Positions 56,663-64,000 of a stretch of DNA of 64,000 bases are shown here, one piece after another. The stretch is from Aquamicrobium sp. Lineage in GTDB: Bacteria; Pseudomonadota; Alphaproteobacteria; Rhizobiales; Rhizobiaceae. The number at the start of each line of letters is the position of its first letter. Position 1 is the stretch's first letter. Under the pieces are notes generated by a model that saw only the letters and a list, made by a program, of their open reading frames with translations, was not told where the DNA came from and made no database searches. Position numbers and translations under genes: made by a program. The stretch is taken from the NCBI GenBank assembly GCA_019739225.1, contig JAHHDT010000006.1, positions 189,823 through 253,822 of the forward strand, read 5' to 3'.

Positions 56663-56708
56663 GCTCATATCGCAATGCAAACAAAGGCTATTGCGACGCA
56701 ATATGAGC
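56663..56708. promoter_or_regulatory. Imperfect 46-bp palindrome with TTGCGA(T/C) repeats, candidate DeoR operator
   Basis: gctcatatcgcaat-N13-attgcgacgcaatatgagc. A third ttgcgat copy lies at 56723-56729, next to a ttgaca-N17-tgaatt promoter-like sequence (56728-56756) facing rhaD. Confidence 0.4.
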
Positions 56709-56807
56709 GACTTCACTCTTTTTGCGATTGACAAACCGCATGTGTTGGCCTGAATTGCCGGCAGCGAAGCGGCACTCCCTTCGTGCCGCGCCGGGAGGAG
56801 TGTGGAG

Positions 56808-58910
56808 ATGGTCGAGAACGGGGCCGCGCGGCTCGAAAACCTTTGGGACGACGCCAGGGCGGCTGCGATGAGCGAGCCGGAACGGCTGGTCTACCGCTCG
56901 AACCTGCTCGGGTCCGACAAGCGCGTGACCAACTATGGCGGCGGCAACACCTCTTCCAAGATCACACAAAAAGACCCACTGACAGGCGAAGACGTCGAGG
57001 TGCTGTGGGTCAAGGGATCGGGCGGCGACAGCGCCTCGATCAAGCTCGACGGTTTCGCAACCCTCTACATGGACAGGCTGAACGCGCTTAAGGGGCTCTA
57101 TCGCGGGCTCGCGCATGAAGACGAAATGGTCGGCTACCTGCCGCATTGCACCTTCAACCTCAATCCACGCGCGGCCTCGATCGACACGCCCCTGCACGCC
57201 TTCGTGCCGCATCGATATGTCGATCACATGCACCCCGACGCGATCATCGCGATCGCGGCTGCCAAGGATTCCGAAGCGCTGACAAAGAGGATCTTCGGCG
57301 ATGACATCGGCTGGCTGCCCTGGAAGCGGCCGGGCTTCGAGCTCGGCCTGTGGCTGGAAAAATTCTGCCGCGAGAATCCGCAGGCCAAGGGCGTCGTGCT
57401 GGGAAGCCACGGACTGTTTACCTGGGGCGACACGCCGAAGGACTGCTACGCGACCACCATCGACACCATCAACCAGGCGATCGCCTGGTTCGAGAAGGAA
57501 GCGGCGGACAAGCCGGCCTTTGGCGGACCGGTGGCCAGCTCCCTACCGGCTGCGGAGCGCCGGGCGATTGCCGTGCGGCTAATGCCGCGCATACGCGGCA
57601 TGATCTCGGCGGACGGTCCGCGCAAGGTCGGGCACTTCGACGATTCCGATACAGTGCTCGAATTCGTCAACTCCGGCGAGCTGCGGCCGCTCGCGGCGCT
57701 CGGCACATCCTGTCCCGATCATTTCCTGCGCACCAAGATCCGGCCGCTGGTGATCGAGTTCGATCCCGTGCGACCGGATGTCGATGCCGTGGTCGCGGCG
57801 CTGCCCGGCGCGCTCGATGAATACCGCGCCGGCTACCGGGCCTATTACGAGCAATGCAAGCATGCGGATTCGCCTGCCATGCGCGACCCCAATGCGGTGG
57901 TGTACCTGATGCCAGGCGTCGGCATGTTCACATTCGCCGCCGACAAGGCGACGGCGCGCATTTCCGGCGAGTTTTACGTCAACGCCATCAACGTGATGCG
58001 CGGCGCTTCATCGGTGTCGAGCTATGTCGGCCTGCCGGCGCAGGAGGCGTTCGACATCGAATACTGGCTTCTCGAAGAGGCCAAGCTGCAGCGCCTGCCG
58101 AAGCCCAAGTCGCTGGCTGGCCAGATCGCCTTCGTGACCGGCGGGGCGGGTGGCATCGGCAAGGCAACCGCGACACGGCTGTTGCGCGAGGGCGCATGCG
58201 TCGTGCTCGCCGATATCGACGAGCCGGCGCTGGGCAGTGCCCGTGACGAATTCGCCAAGGCCTTCGGAGCCGATTTCGTACGCACCGTGAAACTGGACGT
58301 GACCGACGAGACGGCAGTCGCCTCGGCCTATGCTCGTGCCGCGGTCGACTATGGCGGCGTCGACATCCTCGTCTCCAACGCCGGCATCTCGTCCTCGGCG
58401 CCGATTGACGAAACGGAACTGTCGATGTGGGACCGCAATATGGATATTCTCGCCAAGGGGTATTTCCTCGTCTCGCGGGAAGCGTTCCGCACCTTCAAGC
58501 AGCAGGGCGTGGGCGGCAACATCGTGTTCATCGCCTCGAAGAACGGACTGGCCGCCTCGCCGAACGCGGCGGCCTATTGCACCGCCAAGGCTGCCGAAAT
58601 CCATCTCGCGCGCTGCCTGGCGCTGGAGGGCGCGGAACACCAGATCCGCGTCAACACGGTCAATCCGGATGCGGTGCTGCGCGGCTCCAAGATATGGACC
58701 GGCGAGTGGCGCGAACAGCGTGCGGCCGCTTACGCGATGGAGCCGGATCAGCTCGAGGAGCATTACCGCAAGCGCTCCATGCTGAAGCGGTCGGTGCTTC
58801 CCGAAGACGTCGCCGAGGCGGTGTACTTCCTGGCATCCGAGATGTCGGCGAAATCGACCGGCAACATCATCAATGTCGATGCGGGCAACGCACAGAGTTT
58901 CACCCGCTAA
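56808..58910 (+). CDS. rhaD: Bifunctional rhamnulose-1-phosphate aldolase / short-chain dehydrogenase (RhaD, rhizobial type)
   Basis: ATG at 56808 (gggaggag 8 nt upstream) in ORF 56802..58910. The N-terminal class II aldolase-like half has NYGGGNTSSKI. The C-terminal SDR half has VTGGAGGIGKA...YCTAKAA. Confidence 0.9.
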   Translation: MVENGAARLENLWDDARAAAMSEPERLVYRSNLLGSDKRVTNYGGGNTSSKITQKDPLTGEDVEVLWVKGSGGDSASIKLDGFATLYMDRLNALKGLYRGLAHEDEMVGYLPHCTFNLNPRAASIDTPLHAFVPHRYVDHMHPDAIIAIAAAKDSEALTKRIFGDDIGWLPWKRPGFELGLWLEKFCRENPQAKGVVLGSHGLFTWGDTPKDCYATTIDTINQAIAWFEKEAADKPAFGGPVASSLPAAERRAIAVRLMPRIRGMISADGPRKVGHFDDSDTVLEFVNSGELRPLAALGTSCPDHFLRTKIRPLVIEFDPVRPDVDAVVAALPGALDEYRAGYRAYYEQCKHADSPAMRDPNAVVYLMPGVGMFTFAADKATARISGEFYVNAINVMRGASSVSSYVGLPAQEAFDIEYWLLEEAKLQRLPKPKSLAGQIAFVTGGAGGIGKATATRLLREGACVVLADIDEPALGSARDEFAKAFGADFVRTVKLDVTDETAVASAYARAAVDYGGVDILVSNAGISSSAPIDETELSMWDRNMDILAKGYFLVSREAFRTFKQQGVGGNIVFIASKNGLAASPNAAAYCTAKAAEIHLARCLALEGAEHQIRVNTVNPDAVLRGSKIWTGEWREQRAAAYAMEPDQLEEHYRKRSMLKRSVLPEDVAEAVYFLASEMSAKSTGNIINVDAGNAQSFTR

Positions 58911-59021
58911 AAGCCGGCGCGAAGGCACCCGCAAACTCTATTTCTGAAGGACGTTCGGTCTTCGGTTTGGGATATAGCCGGAGCCGTTTCAGGCTGTGTG
59001 CGGTTTCCGGACAGGTTTCGT

Positions 59022-59050
59022 TTGACATTCGTTATGTTTTCGAAATAATC
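59022..59050 (+). promoter_or_regulatory. Candidate sigma70 promoter of glpD with an overlapping TTTCGAAA palindrome
   Basis: ttgaca (59022-59027), a 17-nt spacer, then ataatc (59045-59050). The perfect 8-bp palindrome tttcgaaa at 59038-59045 overlaps the spacer and the -10. ttcgt repeats lie just upstream. Confidence 0.45.
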
Positions 59051-59108
59051 CCCCTTGGTTTTCATACTGCGCATTTATGCTGCATTGCGAAAGCAAGGGG
59101 AATCCTGC

Positions 59109-60632
59109 GTGGGTACTGCCAGCCACGACATCTTCATTATAGGCGGCGGCATCAACGGATGCGGCGTGGCGCGCGATGCCGCGGGGCGAGGCTACTCGGT
59201 TTTCCTTGCCGAAATGAACGATCTGGCCAGCGGAACCTCGTCGGGCTCGACCAAGCTGATCCATGGCGGCCTGCGCTATCTCGAACACTACGAATTCCGG
59301 CTGGTGCGCGAAGCGCTGATGGAGCGCGAGGTTTTGTGGCGCGCCGCACCGCACATCATCTGGCCGATGCGTTTCGTGCTGCCTTATGCCGACGGCATCC
59401 GCCCGGCATGGCTGATCCGGCTCGGACTGTTCCTCTACGACCATCTGGGCGGGCGGAAGCTCTTGCCCGCGACGCGGACGCTGGACATGCGGACGGATCC
59501 GGCGGGCAAGCCGCTCAAGCCGCTTTTCCGCAAGGCCTTCGAATATTCGGACGGCTTCGTCAACGATGCCCGCCTGGTCGTGCTCAATGCGCGCGATGCC
59601 GCTGACCGCGGCGCGGTGATCCGCACCCGGACAAGGGTGGCGAGCGCGCGCCGCGAGGACGGGCTGTGGACGGTGACGATCGAAGATACTGGGACCGGCA
59701 AGGCCCAAGAGGTGAAGGCGCGGCTGCTCGTCAATTCCGCCGGACCATGGGTCGATGATGTGCTGGCGGGCACGCTGGGGCGCAACGACGTTCACAATGT
59801 GCGGCTGGTGCAGGGTAGCCACATCGTGATCCGCAAGAAGTTTTCGGACCCGCGCGCCTATTTCTTCCAGAACCGGGACGGCCGCATCATCTTCGCGATC
59901 CCGTATGAGGACGATTTCACCCTTATCGGCACCACTGACCACGATTACGAGGGCAACCCCGCCGATACCTCGATCACCGAAGAGGAGATCGATTATCTGT
60001 GTGCGGCGGCCAGCGAATATTTCACCGAGCCGGTCGAGCGCACCGATATCGTGTGGACCTATTCCGGCGTGCGCCCGCTCTATGACGACGGCGCATCGAA
60101 GGCGCAGGAGGCCACGCGGGACTATGTGCTTGCGGCCGAGGGGAGCAATGGCGAAGCGCCGCTGATCAACGTTTTCGGCGGCAAGATCACCACCTATCGC
60201 CGGCTCTCGGAGGCCATGCTCGAAAAGATCGAAGGCCTTCTCGGGGCTAAGGGTAAGTCCTGGACGGCGGATGCGGTCCTGCCTGGCGGCGACTTCCCGG
60301 CGACTGGCTATGATGCGGAGGTTGCGTCGCTTCGGAAGGATTATCCGTTTGTCGACCAGCGTATGGCGCAACGGCTGGTGCGCCTCTACGGCACGCGCGC
60401 CCGGACGATTCTGGGTTCGGCTGCTTCGCTTGCCGATCTCGGGCGCAATTTCGGCGCTGATCTCTTCGAGGCCGAAGTGCGCTATCTTGTCGAGAACGAA
60501 TGGGCGGTGACCGCGGACGACGTCCTGTGGCGGCGTACCAAGCGCGGGCTGCATCTGAGCGCCGAGGAGGAAGCGGTGCTCGAGAAATACATGAAGGAAC
60601 TGGGAGGGCGCCGGCACACAGCCGCCGCGTAA
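59109..60632 (+). CDS. glpD: Glycerol-3-phosphate dehydrogenase (FAD-dependent)
   Basis: GTG at 59109 in ORF 59055..60632 gives 507 aa: HDIFIIGGGINGCGVARDAAGRG...GTSSGSTKLIHGGLRYLE. Confidence 0.93.
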   Translation: MGTASHDIFIIGGGINGCGVARDAAGRGYSVFLAEMNDLASGTSSGSTKLIHGGLRYLEHYEFRLVREALMEREVLWRAAPHIIWPMRFVLPYADGIRPAWLIRLGLFLYDHLGGRKLLPATRTLDMRTDPAGKPLKPLFRKAFEYSDGFVNDARLVVLNARDAADRGAVIRTRTRVASARREDGLWTVTIEDTGTGKAQEVKARLLVNSAGPWVDDVLAGTLGRNDVHNVRLVQGSHIVIRKKFSDPRAYFFQNRDGRIIFAIPYEDDFTLIGTTDHDYEGNPADTSITEEEIDYLCAAASEYFTEPVERTDIVWTYSGVRPLYDDGASKAQEATRDYVLAAEGSNGEAPLINVFGGKITTYRRLSEAMLEKIEGLLGAKGKSWTADAVLPGGDFPATGYDAEVASLRKDYPFVDQRMAQRLVRLYGTRARTILGSAASLADLGRNFGADLFEAEVRYLVENEWAVTADDVLWRRTKRGLHLSAEEEAVLEKYMKELGGRRHTAAA

Positions 60633-60667
60633 ACGACAGCACGGCATACGATCTGGGAGGAGGATCA

Positions 60668-61735
60668 ATGCTCGAACTGCGCAACGTATCCAAGGTTGTC
60701 GGACGCGACACGCATATCGGCGACGTGTCGCTGACGCTGTCGCATGGCAGCCTCAACGTGCTGCTCGGCCCGACCCTTTCCGGCAAGACCAGCCTGATGC
60801 GCCTCATGGCAGGCCTCGACGTGCCGACCTCCGGTTCGGTGTGGCTCGACGGCAAGGACGTGACCGGCGTTGCCGTGCAGAAGCGCAATGTCGCGATGGT
60901 CTACCAGCAGTTCATCAATTATCCGGCGATGACGGTCTACGAGAACATCGCGTCACCACTGCGGGTCGCGGGCCATGACAGGGCGGCCATCGACCGCGAG
61001 GTCCGGCAGGCGGCCGAGCTCCTGCGGCTGACGCCCTATCTCGACCGCAAGCCGCTCAACCTTTCGGGCGGACAGCAGCAGCGCACCGCGCTTGCCCGGG
61101 CCATCGTCAAGAATGCCGGGCTGGTGCTGCTCGACGAGCCCTTGGCCAATCTCGACTACAAGCTGCGCGAGGAATTGCGCGCCGAGCTGCCGCGCATCTT
61201 CTCGCAGTCTGGCGCGATCTTCGTCTATGCGACCACCGAACCGTCGGAGGCGCTGCTTCTGGGCGGCAACACCGCGACGCTGTCGGAGGGGCGGGTGACC
61301 CAGTTCGGCCCGACCATCGAGGTGTTCCGCAAGCCCAACGACCTGCTCACCGCGATGACCTTCGCCGATCCGCCGCTCAACACGATGCTGCTGACCAAGC
61401 GCGGGAACCGTTTCGAGCTGGATGGCGGGCTCAGCCTGCCGGCGCCGGCCCATCTGGCGGGCATCGCGGACGGCTCCTACACGATCGGCTTCCAGCCGCA
61501 TCATCTCACGCTGGCGCCAGCCGACGACCGGGCGGTCGCGGTGAAGGCGAAGGTGACCGTCACCGAGATCACCGGCTCGGAGAGTTTCGTTCACCTGGCC
61601 GTGGCCGATGAAAAGTGGGTGATGCTGGCGCGTGGCATTCACAACTTCGAGGCCGACCAGATGATCGACGCCTACATCGATCCGCGGCATCTGATGGTCT
61701 TCGACAGCACCGGCCGCATGGCGCAGGCAGCCTGA
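60668..61735 (+). CDS. ABC transporter ATP-binding protein (glycerol importer GlpS-like)
   Basis: ATG at 60668 (gggaggagg upstream) in ORF 60500..61735. It has a degenerate Walker A GPTLSGKTSL, LSGGQQQRTALARA, and a MalK-like C-terminal domain. Confidence 0.88.
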   Translation: MLELRNVSKVVGRDTHIGDVSLTLSHGSLNVLLGPTLSGKTSLMRLMAGLDVPTSGSVWLDGKDVTGVAVQKRNVAMVYQQFINYPAMTVYENIASPLRVAGHDRAAIDREVRQAAELLRLTPYLDRKPLNLSGGQQQRTALARAIVKNAGLVLLDEPLANLDYKLREELRAELPRIFSQSGAIFVYATTEPSEALLLGGNTATLSEGRVTQFGPTIEVFRKPNDLLTAMTFADPPLNTMLLTKRGNRFELDGGLSLPAPAHLAGIADGSYTIGFQPHHLTLAPADDRAVAVKAKVTVTEITGSESFVHLAVADEKWVMLARGIHNFEADQMIDAYIDPRHLMVFDSTGRMAQAA

Positions 61736-61744
61736 GGGGAAGAG

Positions 61745-62815
61745 ATGGCACGGATCGACCTCGACCACATCCGCCACTCCTACGGGCCGAAGCCGCAGGG
61801 CCCGGCCGACTATGCGCTGAAGGAAGTGCATCACACGTTCCGCGACGGCGGCGCCTACGCGCTGCTCGGGCCGTCGGGCTGCGGCAAGACCACGCTACTC
61901 AACATCATATCCGGGCTGGTGGAGCCGTCGGAAGGTCGCATCCTCTTCGACGGCAACGATGTGAGCCGGCTTTCCACCCAGGAGCGCAACATCGCGCAGG
62001 TGTTTCAGTTCCCGGTGATCTACGACACGATGACGGTCTACGATAATCTGGCCTTTCCGCTGCGCAATCGCGGGGTGCCGGCGGGCGAGATCGACCGCAA
62101 GGTTCGCGAGATCATCGAGATGATCGACCTGCAGGATTGGGCGCAGCGCAAGGCCCGGGGGCTTACGGCTGACCAGAAGCAGAAGATCTCGCTCGGCCGC
62201 GGGCTGGTGCGTTCCGACGTCAACGCCATCCTGTTCGACGAGCCGCTGACGGTCATCGATCCGCACATGAAATGGGTGCTGCGCTCGCAGTTGAAGCAGC
62301 TTCACCGGCGCTTCGGCTATACGATGGTCTATGTCACGCACGACCAGACCGAGGCGCTGACCTTCGCCGACGATGTCGTTGTCATGTATGAGGGCGAGAT
62401 CGTGCAGATCGGCACGCCGGACGAGTTGTTCTCGCGGCCAAAACATACCTTCGTCGGCTATTTCATCGGCTCGCCGGGCATGAACGTGCTGCCGGTGGCG
62501 CTCGACGGCCAACAGGTCCAGCTCGGCGGCCAGACGATCCAGCTTCCCGCCGCGCCTGCCGGCAAGCCCGCAGGCACAATCGAGCTCGGCATCCGGCCGG
62601 AGTTCGTGCGCGTGGGGCGCAGCGGCATGCCGGTCGCGATCAGCAAGGTGGAGGATGTCGGGCGCTACCGGATCGTGCGGGTGATGCTCGAAGGCCGCGA
62701 GATCGCGGCGATCCTCGACGAGGACGACGACATTCCCACCGATCCGAAGGTGAGCTTCGATCCGGCGGGGATCAATCTCTATTCCGATTCCTGGCGGATA
62801 GCGACGGAGGGCTGA
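61745..62815 (+). CDS. ABC transporter ATP-binding protein (GlpT-like)
   Basis: 356-aa ORF; GPSGCGKTTLLN, LTADQKQKISLGRGL, VTHDQTEA. Confidence 0.9.
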   Translation: MARIDLDHIRHSYGPKPQGPADYALKEVHHTFRDGGAYALLGPSGCGKTTLLNIISGLVEPSEGRILFDGNDVSRLSTQERNIAQVFQFPVIYDTMTVYDNLAFPLRNRGVPAGEIDRKVREIIEMIDLQDWAQRKARGLTADQKQKISLGRGLVRSDVNAILFDEPLTVIDPHMKWVLRSQLKQLHRRFGYTMVYVTHDQTEALTFADDVVVMYEGEIVQIGTPDELFSRPKHTFVGYFIGSPGMNVLPVALDGQQVQLGGQTIQLPAAPAGKPAGTIELGIRPEFVRVGRSGMPVAISKVEDVGRYRIVRVMLEGREIAAILDEDDDIPTDPKVSFDPAGINLYSDSWRIATEG

Positions 62816-62817
62816 CC

Positions 62818-63687
62818 ATGGAGAAGACCTGGAACAATCGGGCCTGGTTCATGGTGCTGCCGGTGCTGCTGCTGGTGGCGTTCTCGGCCGTGATCCCGCT
62901 GATGACGGTCGTCAACTATTCGGTGCAGGACACGTTCGGCGGCAACCAGTTCTTCTGGGCCGGTACCGAATGGTTCGAGGAGATACTCAGCTCCGACAGG
63001 TTCTGGCTGGCGATGGGCCGCAATCTCGCTTTTTCGGCCATCATCCTGGCGATCGAGATTCCGCTGGGCATCTTCATTGCGCTGAACATGCCGCGCAAGG
63101 GCTGGGGCGTGCCGGTCTGCCTCGTGCTGATGGCGCTGCCGCTGCTGATACCGTGGAACGTGGTCGGCACGATCTGGCAGGTCTTCGGCCGCATCGACAT
63201 CGGCCTGCTCGGGCGCACCCTCTACACGCTCGGCATCGACTACAACTACGTCAACGATCCGATCGATGCCTGGGTGACGGTCATCGTCATGGACGTCTGG
63301 CACTGGACGAGCCTCGTCGTGCTGCTGTGTTACGCCGGCCTCGTCTCGATCCCGGAAGCCTACTATCAGGCGGCCAAGATCGACGGCGCGTCGCGCTGGG
63401 CGGTGTTCCGCTATATCCAGTTGCCGAAGATGAGCCGCGTGCTGCTCATCGCGATCCTGCTGCGGTTCATGGATTCCTTCATGATCTACACCGAGCCCTT
63501 CGTGGTGACGGGCGGCGGGCCGGGCAACTCGACGACGTTCCTGTCGATCGATCTCGTGAAGATGGCGATCGGGCAGTTCGACCTCGGCCCGGCTGCCGCG
63601 ATGTCGATCATCTACTTCCTGATCATCCTGGCGATGTCGTGGGTGTTCTACACGGTCATGACCAATTACGACGCGGAGAAGAAGTGA
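62818..63687 (+). CDS. Carbohydrate ABC transporter permease (MalF/UgpA-like)
   Basis: 289-aa ORF with 6 TM helices and the EAA-type loop EAYYQAAKIDGASRWAVFRYIQLP. Confidence 0.9.
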   Translation: MEKTWNNRAWFMVLPVLLLVAFSAVIPLMTVVNYSVQDTFGGNQFFWAGTEWFEEILSSDRFWLAMGRNLAFSAIILAIEIPLGIFIALNMPRKGWGVPVCLVLMALPLLIPWNVVGTIWQVFGRIDIGLLGRTLYTLGIDYNYVNDPIDAWVTVIVMDVWHWTSLVVLLCYAGLVSIPEAYYQAAKIDGASRWAVFRYIQLPKMSRVLLIAILLRFMDSFMIYTEPFVVTGGGPGNSTTFLSIDLVKMAIGQFDLGPAAAMSIIYFLIILAMSWVFYTVMTNYDAEKK

Positions 63688-64000
63688 TGGCCGGCGACGA
63701 AAGGACGGCCACGATGCGCAACGGCGAGGCCGTGCCCGCGACCCGGAACGCGGCCGACAAGGCGGCGGCGAACGAGCGCGTGCTGCGGCAGATGCGCCGG
63801 CGCGGCGGGGAATCCCGCTTCTGGTGGCTGGTGCCGACGCTCTACATCATCTTCCTGATGCTGCCGATCTACTGGCTCATCAACATGAGCTTCAAGACCA
63901 ATCAGGAAATCCTCAACGTCTTCTCGCTGTGGCCCCAAAGCCCGACGCTGCGCAACTACGCGGTGATCTTCACCGATCCATCCTGGTATTCGGGCTACAT
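63687..64000 (+). CDS. Carbohydrate ABC transporter permease (MalG/UgpE-like), 5' part only
   Basis: My translation from the ATG at 63687 (overlapping the previous stop, TGATG) is MAGDERTATMRNGEAV...WWLVPTLYIIFLMLPIYWLINMSFKTNQEILNVFSLWPQSPTLRNY... It runs off the window end and is not in the ORF track. Confidence 0.8.
   Translation, partial: MAGDERTATMRNGEAVPATRNAADKAAANERVLRQMRRRGGESRFWWLVPTLYIIFLMLPIYWLINMSFKTNQEILNVFSLWPQSPTLRNYAVIFTDPSWYSGY

Noticed and set aside
56688-57410. 240-aa minus-strand ORF spanning the rhaD promoter and 5' end
   Set aside because: It is antisense to rhaD and begins in the regulatory region. It has no recognisable features.
58989-60668. 559-aa minus-strand ORF
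   Set aside because: It is antisense to glpD, which has an unambiguous FAD-binding N-terminus and family motifs. The composition is shadow-ORF-like.

Overview
High-GC alphaproteobacterial (Rhizobiales/Hyphomicrobiales-type) chromosomal DNA, densely coding, with no transposase, integrase, phage gene or CRISPR array that I can see. All family names come from reading motifs in the translations, not from searches. Gene content in order: rimM-trmD, xerC, asd, leuB, leuD, an ArsR/SRPBCC/DUF1801 cluster, an aminotransferase, and a CitE-like lyase. Next is an SOS mutagenesis cassette imuA-imuB-dnaE2 preceded by a GAAC-N7-GAAC LexA box, then a Trx/LON-domain/Trm112/TetR string. tRNA-Gly(GCC) is followed by a PAS/HWE histidine kinase, receiver, DUF982, LysR, GMC oxidoreductase and cspA. 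A co-directional sugar gene string of about 18 kb (38.7-56.6 kb, minus strand) follows, with divergent rhaD, then the glycerol locus glpD plus ABC importer genes. The most interesting feature is that sugar string. It holds every component of the rhizobial rhamnose system, interleaved with three extra modules: a second Rbs-type importer plus a ketose 3-epimerase; a stand-alone RhaD-N-domain paralogue plus an FGGY kinase and HAD phosphatase; and a FucA-like aldolase plus an ABM-like protein. It is split at two places by palindromic repeat elements. Other points: at least three families of GC-rich palindromic intergenic repeats, a 109-bp tandem duplication framed by 43-bp inverted repeats, and several candidate operators and promoters. 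Frame disruptions are unusually frequent: 7 clear sites in 5 otherwise recognisable genes, plus 1 possible site in a sixth. They must be checked against reads before being called pseudogenes. Many long ORFs in the six-frame track are antisense artefacts of the high GC content and were not called.
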